Source: Deinococcales bacterium (GTDB taxonomy: Bacteria > Deinococcota > Deinococci > Deinococcales > JAAFIG01). From it: DNA of 21,829 nucleotides. Made by a program: the position numbers and the translations under genes. Each line of letters begins with the position of its first letter. Position 1 is the stretch's first letter. The stretch lies in contig JANNVX010000010.1 in the NCBI GenBank assembly GCA_031414595.1, positions 1 through 21,829 on the forward strand. The letters run 5' to 3'. Below the pieces are notes generated by a model that was not told the origin of the DNA, searched no databases, and saw nothing but the letters and a program-made list of their open reading frames with translations. Positions 1 through 8,923 of the stretch are shown one piece after another.

Positions 1-114
1 GACGTGTTGCGGAATACGAAGTGGTATTGCTCTGATTGGTTTATGGAGATTGCTTGTGGTTTGCATAACCTTCGCTGTGCTTTTCGCAAACGGGCTTTGC
101 GGAAATCGAGCTAG
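1..114 (+). CDS. transposase C-terminal fragment (partial, 5' end outside window)
   Basis: Frame 1 reads DVLRNTKWYCSDWFMEIACGLHNLRCAFRKRALRKSS*. The RN..D..ME(I)ACGLHN.R pattern resembles the C-terminus of IS5/ISL2-group DDE transposases. Not in the ORF track. Confidence 0.75.
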   Translation, partial: DVLRNTKWYCSDWFMEIACGLHNLRCAFRKRALRKSS

Positions 115-137
115 TTTCTTATTTCCGATAACGTCTA
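1..137 (+). mobile_element. 3' end of an insertion sequence (IS5-like, DDE_Tnp_4/ISL2-like), truncated by the window edge
   Basis: 1..137 is the exact reverse complement of 21693..21829. It holds a transposase-like C-terminus (1..114) followed by a short terminal segment (TTTCTTATTTCCGATAACGTC-TA). The shared sequence ends at a TA in both copies. Confidence 0.8.
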
Positions 138-628
138 TTCAATTGTTACCCATTGAGGTTAGGCAACGATACGGTGACGAGTTTTTAAGTGAATTAGACT
201 GTATTCCGAGGAAATTCTTTAAATTGCTTTACGCTTTAAGAATTTTATTTGGTTTGTATGAAATTAGGAAAGAACTTAATAGGTATAAAAAAACTATACT
301 CCAACTGCCATTAAGTGAATATGCTCTCAATTCAGCAATGTCGAATTATATCAAGTTTAAGAAGTTTGGTTTGCAGTATGGATTATTTTCTTTTTTTCTT
401 TTAGCAAAAAGTATCCCATATTATTTCGTCCGTGATTGTTTATTTTTATACAAAAGAACAAGGAGTTTACTGCAAATTTACTTGATGCGAAAATCGTTAC
501 AGAGGTCGCTTAGTGAATTGAAAGATGATCATTCAAGCAATAATGATGAACGGAAATTTAAGCTACAAAGTCAGCAAAAAAGGTTAGATACGGTTTACGA
601 AGACCTATTTGATTTAAGTGATGTTTAG
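138..628 (+). pseudogene. 3' remnant of an AT-rich gene interrupted by the IS
   Basis: The frame stays open from the IS boundary to TAG at 626-628. The first 29 codons of track ORF 50..628 are IS sequence. LLPIEVRQRYGDEFLSEL resembles the LLP..R.RYG.E motif of permease-prefix-type N-terminal domains. Very AT-rich, no CTCGAG. Confidence 0.55.
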
Positions 629-647
629 CTATCATGCTAATTATATT

Positions 648-713
648 ATGGCTAAGAAAAAGTTTAAGTCTCGAGTAATCGCATTTATCAGCCTTAAAGA
701 TGGTGTTGATTGA
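648..713 (+). pseudogene. ParA/Soj/MinD-family ATPase N-terminal relic
   Basis: ATG648 gives MAKKKFKSRVIAFISLKDGVD*, a degenerate form of (K/R)VIAF.SLKGGVGKTT, the deviant Walker A lead-in. Confidence 0.55.
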
Positions 714-826
714 CTGCCCACTGGGTCTTGAACTTCGTGGCATAATTGGCAGATAGTATTGTGTCATGTGCGTCCAACCGATGATGCTAACCGCGCCCGA
801 TTCACGCTCGAGGAATACAGACAAGT

Positions 827-1510
827 ATGGCAAAAATCACCCTCGAGTTTTTAAGACAACACATTCAAAGCATTGCAAGCGTGTATAACAAGCAGCTTTT
901 AGAACTAGAAGACTTGGCGTACATTACAGAGGATGTCCAAGTCGTTCGTATTCAGCGTGAGCAACTGCTGCACCAAATGCGGCTCGAGCAATTTGAACCG
1001 TTAAGGGTTAAGCATCCTGTCCATATTGCTTGGTTTACGATTGATGAATTATCCACGAATTTGACTGGGCGGATTCAGAACGCCATTGAAGTATTGCGCT
1101 TGCTTTTACCGCAACCTCGAGAACAGGCTGGCTTCTACCTTGAAATGCTGCACCGTCCTGAAATGTTTTGTGAGTACAGATTTATAAAGCCTAATTTTTC
1201 GGAAATATACCTTCGTGGTGACGCACCAACCAGCGTTATTCTGCATGAACTTGGACACTGGCTTGAGGCTTCGATACCAGGCACAGAAAAAGCAGCTACT
1301 GCCCATGTTGACGCTCGAGTTCAAAACGAAATACCGCGACACCTCGGACTTGGCTACCACGTCCTTGAGTACACACAACCAGACGGCTCGAGGGTGTACA
1401 CTGAACTCATCAGCACAGGCTTGGAATACCTGTACCAAAACCCGATGCAGTTGATTGAACAAGACCCACAAACCACTCTTTTTCTTGTCGAGTTAATGGA
1501 GTCCATATGA
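827..1510 (+). CDS. zincin-like metallopeptidase (HExxH), resembling metallopeptidase domains of phage MuF/polymorphic toxins
   Basis: 227-aa ORF with VILHELGHWLE and a downstream TELISTGLEYLY..P..L...DP motif supplying a candidate third Zn ligand (Glu). No signal peptide evident. Confidence 0.7.
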   Translation: MAKITLEFLRQHIQSIASVYNKQLLELEDLAYITEDVQVVRIQREQLLHQMRLEQFEPLRVKHPVHIAWFTIDELSTNLTGRIQNAIEVLRLLLPQPREQAGFYLEMLHRPEMFCEYRFIKPNFSEIYLRGDAPTSVILHELGHWLEASIPGTEKAATAHVDARVQNEIPRHLGLGYHVLEYTQPDGSRVYTELISTGLEYLYQNPMQLIEQDPQTTLFLVELMESI

Positions 1511-1818
1511 CCCTCTCTAGTACCAACACCAAACAAACCCAACGCAACCAAAAACGCCCCAAAGGTGGGATTAAAACCCTCGAGCAACTGACCGCTCTTG
1601 AGTACCAAGGCAATCGAGCCGAGTTAAAGCATGGGGTTTGGTACTCGAGCGACCAAGCCTTTGCCCAGCGATTGACCGAGTTAAGTTTGATGATTGCTTA
1701 CAGTGCAGCAGACCCACACCCAGATGCAACCATTGCCCGAACAATTGCTGCACGACTTGGGGCGCGGTTAGTACAGATTGGGGCTGCTCCTAAGCGTTCG
1801 CCTGATGCAATGTATTAA
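1507..1818 (+). CDS. small hypothetical protein coupled to the metallopeptidase (candidate immunity or substrate partner)
   Basis: ATGA overlap at 1507-1510. 103 aa with YSAADPHPDA and a C-terminal P..P..Y*. Confidence 0.7.
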   Translation: MTLSSTNTKQTQRNQKRPKGGIKTLEQLTALEYQGNRAELKHGVWYSSDQAFAQRLTELSLMIAYSAADPHPDATIARTIAARLGARLVQIGAAPKRSPDAMY

Positions 1819-1896
1819 GCTATCTATCAATATATTTTGTGATTTTAAGAGATGGCTAATGCGATTTAGCCGCACACCTGTTCTAAAATCCAAAGT

Positions 1897-4800
1897 CTAC
1901 CCCACCAGTTGCCGCAGCAAAATCGGGTCTTGAATTTCAGAATCCTTTGCCAGCATCAGCACCTTGGCAATCACCTCAGCCGTGTGCGGGTCGGCATCGG
2001 CAAACGGCAAGAAAATCCGTCCTCGAGCCTGATTCGGCACTGCCACCAAACAAATCGCGCCACCCGGTTGCTGATGCACCACTGCACTGCCTAGATGCAC
2101 GCTATACCGTCCAATTTGCCCTTCAATCAGCGCCACCGATTTCTCGAGACGCACATTGCTGATTTTCAAAAGTCTTAACGTCTCGAGCAACAACGCCGCC
2201 CGCATTTCGGTGGTGCTTTGCGAGGCTTCTGGGTCTACGCCGCCAACGTGCGCCACCGAGACCACCAAGTCAAGGTCGCGCATGATTTCGGAATACAAAC
2301 GCTTGGGGATATTCTCGAGGGTCAACGCTTCCCATTCGCCGCGTTTGGTAAAATGCACCGTGTCCAAGGCTGGTGCTTCGACTTCGGCTGGGGTTGTCCA
2401 ACCTTGCTTGCTGCGGACATGAGCCGTGATGCCTTCGGCAAAAAAGGTGCGGCTGGCATCGCCTTCGTAAGCATTGACCACCCAGCCCCTCGAACCAAGC
2501 AGGGCAGCGCTTTGGCGTTGGTTAATCTGATGCCCAGCGTAGCGCTCAGACTGGGTTTTCTCGAGTTTTTCGACTTCGGTTAGCAAATAAAGTTCCCTAA
2601 AAATTTGCTTAAAAGGCTGTTGGCGTTTGGCACTAAAAAATGCGGCTTGGAATTCGCTCCAGTGTCCGGACTCGAGTAAATCTATCGGGTGCGCCAAGCG
2701 TAAACTCGAGCCTTGAATGGTCAGCAATTCGCCGTTTGGACTGACCAAATTTTTACCGTCGGCAGCTAAAAAGCCCATTTGGGTTTGGTCAATAAACACC
2801 ATTTGCTCGAGCATCGGTTTGACGATTGGGTGCTTGGTCAGGTCGCGCAGTTCTTTAGCCGTAAATTCGTCGCCATGAACCATGGCGCGTTCCAAAGAAA
2901 CCCGCATTCGGCTGCGTTGGGTCTCGAGTTCTTTGCGTCTGGCTCGGATTTCAATCACGGCTTCGTCTTTTTTGAGGTTGGCTGGAATGTCTTTGAGGGT
3001 TTTGCCGGCTTTTTGTACCTCGAGCATCGGTTCGCCATCTGGCGTGACCGACAAAATCAGTTCAACATCGCCTTTTTGTAGCTTGACAGCGCCTTTGGAT
3101 AAATCTGCCACGGCTCTCAGTTCCATTGCCCACTCGAGCCGCATTGGGTCTGGGTAGCCAGCCGTGCGGGCTAAATTCTCGAGTCCAATCCGCGAAGCAA
3201 GGCGTTCGGATTCTTTGCGCTGCGAACCAAATTGCTTGGATTGTTTTAAGAAGGTCTGGATGACCTCATAACGCGCCAGCAGTGGTGCGTCTTTACTCTT
3301 GGGGAGTGGCAGCAGCCCAAGGGCGCGAAGGCTGTCTTGGTGGCGTTTACTGGTAATCCGCGTCACCACTTCGGATTCGACCAGTTTTCCAACCATCGCA
3401 TCGGCAAATTGCTTGGCTCTGGCATGACCCGTTCCAGAGGTGATGTACTTGGCGGCATCGTAGAGTTGTGTCCAGCGCTTTGTGCCAAGGTCTTTGTAAA
3501 CCCCACTAAACCAAGCCACATCGACTGCGCCGTCGATTAAATCCTGAGTGGTCAGTGGGGTCAGTTGCGCCATCTCGAGTTTCCAACTTTCTTCTTCGTT
3601 TTCGGTGTTAAAACCGCCATCTTTGGTGTGCGCCCGCAACCAATACATCCCTTCAGACAAGCCTTTCCAGCCGATGGTTTTCGCCACAAATTGTGTCCAT
3701 TGTGGTGCAAACAATCCAAGTTCGAGCAGGCGTTGTTCGGGAATATCGGCTTTTTGAATGGCGCTCGAGAATTCTGCTTGGGTGTCGGTCGGGCTTGGAT
3801 ACACAGCTTTTAGGAGGTTGGAAAAAACCACCAAACGCGGTGCTTTATCCCCGTAATAATAACCAGCCCCACGCGAAATGTTGTCATTTTTAATCACACT
3901 GAGAATCTGCACCAAACGCGGTAAGCCAGTCAAAAATTGGATGCTCGAGGCTGCACCTGTGGCGGGGGTGGGTAAATCGCCTCGAGCCAATTCGATTTCC
4001 AGCACCCGATTGGTGCATTGCTCGAGCAAGGGTTGTAGTTGCGGGTAGGCTTTAAGCAGCTCAGTCGGCTTTTTTCGCAGATACTCGGTAAACCCATGGT
4101 TGCAGGCTACTGTTTTTTCGGGGCGCAGGTGTTCAAGTCCAATCAAGGCTTCCATCACATCGGTTTGATTGGCAATGCCAGCCTGCCAAGCCGCCAATAG
4201 GTTGCCATGATTTATCTTGCGCTGATGATTCCACCACAGCCGCAAGCCCAGACCATGCTCGAGTTGCCAAGACCGAACTTTTTGGGCTGTACTTAAAGGC
4301 TGACTGCTGGTGTCAAGCCGCACAATCACAGGGTTTTGGCGCTTAAATGTTTCATAGGCTTTGTTGCCCTCAAGGGCTTTTTCGTTCGGTAATGATTCGC
4401 CTTTTTGTACAAAAGTAGCAAAGGTTTGCTCGAGAACTGCAACACTTTGTGCCAATTGGTCTTCAAGGACATCCAAGGCAAAATCGTGTTCGTTGGCAGC
4501 CGGGTAGAGTTCGGTCAGCCAAGCCAGAATTCTGACCATGATGCCTTCAAGGGCTTCATCGGCTTCTTTGAGTTTTTTTGGTTTGAGGCTTGAAAAATAG
4601 GTTTTTTTAATTTCCGTGTTGGCATAAAAGGCATCATCTGGGTCTATCTCGAGTTCGTAGTTAAATTCGTCGTCCACATAAAAATCGTCATCGTCCACCT
4701 CGGGCTTAAACATAAACGGACGAATTGCCAATGCCCGCAGAAGCTCAAAACCATCGGCATCGCGTTCCTTGGCGGTTCGATTTTCAAACCAAGTTGTCCA

Positions 4801-6780
4801 AGTTTCAGACAATGGAAAATTTTTCCACTGCTCGAGAATCGTTTTTTCTTTGTCATTTGGATGAGAGGGACGGTAGTACGCATTCTCAAATGGTTTTTGT
4901 TCAATTTCATCGCTCCAGTTTAGATTATCCACCACAGTTAAACGCTGCGACCAAACCAGTTTCTCGAGTTCACCCAAAAGCGCTAAAGCGGCTGGTGTAA
5001 CCAACTCGATTTTTTTGCGTTCAAAGCCAAAAGCTGGGGTGCGTAGCTTGGGGTCAAACAAACCAAAGCCGTCGGTTGGGCTGGGTGCGTTCTGCTCGAG
5101 CCGCAGACGCTCGAGTGCCTGTTCGATTTCTGCGCCAGCTTTTTTTTGTTCGGGGGTTTTGGCTGCTTTTAAGCGCGAAGCACTGGCACTGGCAAATTCG
5201 GCGGGTTGAGCCAAAATAAGTTCAATCGTGCTTTGTCGCACCGAAGCAGTTTTGCGACTGAGTTGCTTCTCGAGCGGGGCAAATTCGGTCTCCTCGAGTA
5301 AGACCTTACTTTTGCCCATCACCTCAAAGGCTTTTTCGCGCAAATAATTGTCTTTGTGGGTCAGTGCCTCAATCACAATTTCTCGAGTTTCGGCTGCCCA
5401 CGGTGTTTGTTTGGTTAAGACTTCGATTAACTGACGTAAGGTATAAGGCTCGAGCAAATGCTTATAGGGCAGAATCAAAGTCACTTGCGTTTCATCAAGT
5501 AAGTTGTACATCTCGGAGGCAATTCGGCTTGGCTCGAGGGCAATATCTGGTAGCCAACTTTCGGGCGCAGCCAGCTTAATCGGGTTTGGAAAGCGTTTTA
5601 AGAACTTCTCGAGCATACCAAAACTGCTTTCTCGAGCCGCCAAATTTTCGGTTGGCAAGCTCGCAATCTGCTGGGCTTTGAGCGCCACCAAATCTTCGGG
5701 GTCGGTCAGCATGGTTTGAATGTTGGCATCATCGGCTGCCTGCAAAAATGCCAAAGTGTGCAACGCCAAAAATCGGTACTTGGCATCTTTGTGCTTCAGC
5801 CAAGGCAGTGCTAACGCTTGAGCTTCCTCGAGATTTTCAAAGGCTAAACTGAGCAGCACCAAATATAAATCCTGTAAAGCTGGCGCACCTTTTAAGTCTT
5901 TAGCCACAGTATGGTTGGCTTTTTGGTTCTCGAGCCGACCAATAAATTCTTTTAGCGATTTCTCGAGGATTTTTGGAGTCGGTTCGTCTGGCAAAAGCGG
6001 CAAAAAATCTTTCGCCCATTGGACACTCGAGGAAAAGCGCAGCAAATCCGAGTCGAGTATCCATTTCAGCATCCGCAACAAAGCCAGAGGGTGGGCATTT
6101 TGGATTTCGGCAAAAATACTCTGACGCAGCCCTTCTTGGCGTTGGGCTGCCAACAAGGTTTTTTCAATGATTTCCCAGCCCTCAACACGGTTGGCTCGGA
6201 GCAACGACCCAATCACGGTATTGCCCATCATCGCCACAGGATGCTCATTTTTGGCGGCTGCCAGCATGACATTAAACACTGGCGTGTTGCCCAAATCTAT
6301 ATCGGCAACAAATAAATCGGTCAGGTAATGTCCAAAAGTCCAATCGTAGGCGGCGTACTCCGCAAACCACTCGAGTGGCTGGTCGTAATTTTTGGTTTTT
6401 TCGAGCCATTCCTGACAAGTATCAATTTGTTCTTGCAAAGGGGCGGCTTGATGGCTTTGGAAACCACTTGAATTTTTTTGTGGTTTTTGTATGGCTGCCC
6501 TAACAACTTGGCTAAAGCGCACAAACCAAACCTCGAGAACGTCTGCAAAATCTTTTTCCGAGATGCCATAAAAAACCTGTTGCGCCGCTTCATGAAATTG
6601 ATTGCGTTTCTCCCAATCACCCAACTCGAGTTCTTTACCGTTTACATCCAGCAGCAAAAAATCCAGGGTTTTCTTGGCTAGGTCTTTGGGCAACCGACCA
6701 ATCCGTTGCGCCAGCAATTGGTCGGCATTTTTAAGCACGGCGGTTTCGATGATTTTTTGGGCATCTTCGCGTTTTAACAT
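1897..6780 (-). CDS. large DUF4132/DUF5724-type protein (MolR/YehI-like), about 1627 aa
   Basis: Motifs include AAQRQEGLRQSI, SKQFGSQRKESE, LENLARTAGYPDP.RL.WAME, the DUF4132 block (LERAMVHG...HPI...RLAHP..L...QPFKQIFRELY...RYAG) and YSEIMRDLDLVVSVAHVGGVDPEAS. Start moved from 6804 to ATG 6780 because GGAGG lies just upstream of it. Confidence 0.85.
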   Translation of the reverse strand: MLKREDAQKIIETAVLKNADQLLAQRIGRLPKDLAKKTLDFLLLDVNGKELELGDWEKRNQFHEAAQQVFYGISEKDFADVLEVWFVRFSQVVRAAIQKPQKNSSGFQSHQAAPLQEQIDTCQEWLEKTKNYDQPLEWFAEYAAYDWTFGHYLTDLFVADIDLGNTPVFNVMLAAAKNEHPVAMMGNTVIGSLLRANRVEGWEIIEKTLLAAQRQEGLRQSIFAEIQNAHPLALLRMLKWILDSDLLRFSSSVQWAKDFLPLLPDEPTPKILEKSLKEFIGRLENQKANHTVAKDLKGAPALQDLYLVLLSLAFENLEEAQALALPWLKHKDAKYRFLALHTLAFLQAADDANIQTMLTDPEDLVALKAQQIASLPTENLAARESSFGMLEKFLKRFPNPIKLAAPESWLPDIALEPSRIASEMYNLLDETQVTLILPYKHLLEPYTLRQLIEVLTKQTPWAAETREIVIEALTHKDNYLREKAFEVMGKSKVLLEETEFAPLEKQLSRKTASVRQSTIELILAQPAEFASASASRLKAAKTPEQKKAGAEIEQALERLRLEQNAPSPTDGFGLFDPKLRTPAFGFERKKIELVTPAALALLGELEKLVWSQRLTVVDNLNWSDEIEQKPFENAYYRPSHPNDKEKTILEQWKNFPLSETWTTWFENRTAKERDADGFELLRALAIRPFMFKPEVDDDDFYVDDEFNYELEIDPDDAFYANTEIKKTYFSSLKPKKLKEADEALEGIMVRILAWLTELYPAANEHDFALDVLEDQLAQSVAVLEQTFATFVQKGESLPNEKALEGNKAYETFKRQNPVIVRLDTSSQPLSTAQKVRSWQLEHGLGLRLWWNHQRKINHGNLLAAWQAGIANQTDVMEALIGLEHLRPEKTVACNHGFTEYLRKKPTELLKAYPQLQPLLEQCTNRVLEIELARGDLPTPATGAASSIQFLTGLPRLVQILSVIKNDNISRGAGYYYGDKAPRLVVFSNLLKAVYPSPTDTQAEFSSAIQKADIPEQRLLELGLFAPQWTQFVAKTIGWKGLSEGMYWLRAHTKDGGFNTENEEESWKLEMAQLTPLTTQDLIDGAVDVAWFSGVYKDLGTKRWTQLYDAAKYITSGTGHARAKQFADAMVGKLVESEVVTRITSKRHQDSLRALGLLPLPKSKDAPLLARYEVIQTFLKQSKQFGSQRKESERLASRIGLENLARTAGYPDPMRLEWAMELRAVADLSKGAVKLQKGDVELILSVTPDGEPMLEVQKAGKTLKDIPANLKKDEAVIEIRARRKELETQRSRMRVSLERAMVHGDEFTAKELRDLTKHPIVKPMLEQMVFIDQTQMGFLAADGKNLVSPNGELLTIQGSSLRLAHPIDLLESGHWSEFQAAFFSAKRQQPFKQIFRELYLLTEVEKLEKTQSERYAGHQINQRQSAALLGSRGWVVNAYEGDASRTFFAEGITAHVRSKQGWTTPAEVEAPALDTVHFTKRGEWEALTLENIPKRLYSEIMRDLDLVVSVAHVGGVDPEASQSTTEMRAALLLETLRLLKISNVRLEKSVALIEGQIGRYSVHLGSAVVHQQPGGAICLVAVPNQARGRIFLPFADADPHTAEVIAKVLMLAKDSEIQDPILLRQLVG

Positions 6781-6781
6781 T

Positions 6782-7222
6782 TTAGCCTCCCGCCAGCGCC
6801 ACAAGGCGCAGGAACATCAGTTCTTGGTTTAACTCGAGGTCGAGTGTATCTGATAGGCGCTCAATTTGATTTTCGCCATAAAAAGCGTAGTACAAACCAT
6901 CCTGAAAGGCTTGAATAGCAGTTTCGATGGCTTGGTCGGTGTCTATTTCTTGCTTAAATTCTTGTCCACCCAGACTGATTTTGCCGCTTTCAGCAGCCTC
7001 GAGCAACTGGTTTTCGGTCAGTACCCGTAAAAACTGATTATCGGTTTGGCGTGTTCTAAAAGCATCAACCTCGAGGGTCACAATTCGCTCGAGTAATTGG
7101 CGCAAGGTTGGCTGGCTCGAGAAATTACCAAGGTTGTAGTCGCGGGTTGTCAGGGCTTTTTTGCGCCCGAGTTGCTTAACCGAAAGCCTCAGATTAAAAG
7201 TCGTACCAATAGATAAGTCCAT
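6782..7222 (-). CDS. small protein with a ubiquitin-like (ThiS/MoaD-type) C-terminus ending LAGG, co-transcribed with the DUF4132 gene
   Basis: Ends DGLYYAFYGENQIERLSDTLDLELNQELMFLRLVALAGG*. The stop is 1 nt before the next ATG. ATG 7222 is preferred over 7228 because it lies 6 nt after a TAGACT -10 box. Confidence 0.75.
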   Translation of the reverse strand: MDLSIGTTFNLRLSVKQLGRKKALTTRDYNLGNFSSQPTLRQLLERIVTLEVDAFRTRQTDNQFLRVLTENQLLEAAESGKISLGGQEFKQEIDTDQAIETAIQAFQDGLYYAFYGENQIERLSDTLDLELNQELMFLRLVALAGG

Positions 7223-7228
7223 GCTCAT

Positions 7229-7234
7229 AGTCTA
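7229..7234 (-). promoter_or_regulatory. -10 element (TAGACT) of a probable leaderless transcript
   Basis: TAGACT-N6-ATG(7222), with no Shine-Dalgarno sequence upstream. Confidence 0.5.
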
Positions 7235-7291
7235 GTTTCTTTAGGTGAGTTGGCGCTGTAAGCAGTCTGAAAAAAAACCAACCATGAGTTC

Positions 7292-8872
7292 TTAACGCCG
7301 TTTATTTGGCAGCACCAAACCAATAAAAGCACTCGAGACCAACATCAAAACCAGCGCATGAGGTGCGGCCTTGCCAAACATTGCTTCGGAGGTGTAGCTG
7401 TAAACGTTTTTGGCAAGGCTTTCAAAACCGGGTGGGGCTAAGAGGGTGGTGATTGGCAATTCCTTGGCGGCACTCAAAAAAGCCAATGCCACACCAGCCA
7501 GCACCCCTCGAGCCAGCAGTGGAATCAGCACTCGAAAGATTACTTGCCAGCCGCGCAACCCAAGGCTACGAGCAGCTTCCTCGAGCCGAACAGGGGTTTG
7601 ATGCAGTTGGCTGCGGATTGGTCCGATGCTTTCGGCTAGAAAATGCACCGTATAGGCAAAAATCAGTAACCATAAGGTTTGGTACAGGTCTGGTACAACT
7701 CGTAGCGTCACAAAAATCAGTGCCAATGCTAGGGCAAGTGGGGGGGTGGCATAGCCAAGATAACTGCTGCGTTCTAACCAACTCGAGAATCTGGTTTTAT
7801 GACGCACCGCTAAATACGCCAATGGTAAAGCACAAATGGCACTTAGGAAAGCGGCGGGAGCAGCCGCCGAGAGTGTGCCAAGGGTAGCCCTGAGTAATTC
7901 TGCCCAAGGGTTATAAAACTGGCTTTGTGGTTCTCGAGCCATCCAATAAATGGCGGTCACAATGGGCAATAAAACAGCAGTTGCAACGTATAAAGTCAAG
8001 GGTATCAAGGCTGGGATGCTCCAAACACCAAGCGAAACTCGAGATGCAGGACGGGTGTTCTTGGCATTGCGAGCTAGGAATACTCGGCGCATGGCAACCC
8101 CTTCGAGTCCAAGGATTAGCACGGTAATAACCAGTAAAATTAAGGCTAACCAAGCCGCATAAACTCGGTCTAAACTGCTGATGTACTGGCTGTAAATGGC
8201 AAAAGAAAAGGTTTCAAAACGCATTAAACTGACCACCCCAAAATCGCCCAGCACATGCAGCGTAATCAGTAATGCCCCAGACAACCAAGCTGGACGAAGT
8301 TGTGGCACAGTCACCCGCCAAAAACTTTGCCATCTCGAGTGACCTAAACTTTGGGCGGCTTCTTCAAGCGCAGGGTCAGTGTTTTGCAGGGCAGCATAAA
8401 GGTTGACAAACAAATAAGGCGCACTATAAAGCGTTAAAATAAAAGTTGCACCAAAAAAACCACTCGGGCGGGGCAATGATAAGCCAATCGCCTGGAGTGT
8501 GCCGCCTGAGCCACTGGCAGCCAGCAACGCAAAAGCCCCCACATAGCCCGGCACAGCCAAAGGCAAGGTGTTTGCCACCACCCAAAATCTTAAAAAAGGC
8601 AGCTTGACTCGAGCCAAAAGCCAAGCTGCTGGTAAAGCCAGTGCGGTTGTTCCAATCAGTACCGAAATCGCCAGCAAAAAAGTATTGCCTAGAAGGGTTA
8701 AATTGCGTTCCCTAAACACAATTTCACGCAAGCTCGAGCCATCCGCCTCGAGCGCCCTGACGACCAAGTAAAGCAGTGGAATCAGCACACTCGAAGCCAC
8801 CAGCACCGCAAACAACACCAATCCAAGCGGTGCGCGGCGACCAGAAAAGGTGCGTTCTCGAGAAAAGTTCAT
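7292..8872 (-). CDS. fbpB: iron(III) ABC transporter permease (FbpB/FutB type)
   Basis: 526 aa, about 12 hydrophobic segments and two EAA loops (LEEAAQSLG, LEEAARSLG). Lies directly downstream of the Fe-binding protein gene. Confidence 0.88.
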   Translation of the reverse strand: MNFSRERTFSGRRAPLGLVLFAVLVASSVLIPLLYLVVRALEADGSSLREIVFRERNLTLLGNTFLLAISVLIGTTALALPAAWLLARVKLPFLRFWVVANTLPLAVPGYVGAFALLAASGSGGTLQAIGLSLPRPSGFFGATFILTLYSAPYLFVNLYAALQNTDPALEEAAQSLGHSRWQSFWRVTVPQLRPAWLSGALLITLHVLGDFGVVSLMRFETFSFAIYSQYISSLDRVYAAWLALILLVITVLILGLEGVAMRRVFLARNAKNTRPASRVSLGVWSIPALIPLTLYVATAVLLPIVTAIYWMAREPQSQFYNPWAELLRATLGTLSAAAPAAFLSAICALPLAYLAVRHKTRFSSWLERSSYLGYATPPLALALALIFVTLRVVPDLYQTLWLLIFAYTVHFLAESIGPIRSQLHQTPVRLEEAARSLGLRGWQVIFRVLIPLLARGVLAGVALAFLSAAKELPITTLLAPPGFESLAKNVYSYTSEAMFGKAAPHALVLMLVSSAFIGLVLPNKRR

Positions 8873-8874
8873 AG

Positions 8875-8908
8875 AAAAAGGGGGGAGGGATACACCCTCC
8901 CCTTTTTT
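8875..8908 (-). terminator. intrinsic terminator-like hairpin between the binding-protein and permease genes
   Basis: Minus strand GGGGAGGG-TGTAT-CCCTCCCC followed by CCTTTTT. T-tracts are present in both orientations. Confidence 0.65.
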
Positions 8909-8923
8909 ACCTTTTTACCGACC

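Noticed and set aside
50-628. 192-aa ORF as an intact gene
   Set aside because: Its TTG start and first 29 codons lie inside the IS end, so it is a chimeric read-through into an interrupted gene.
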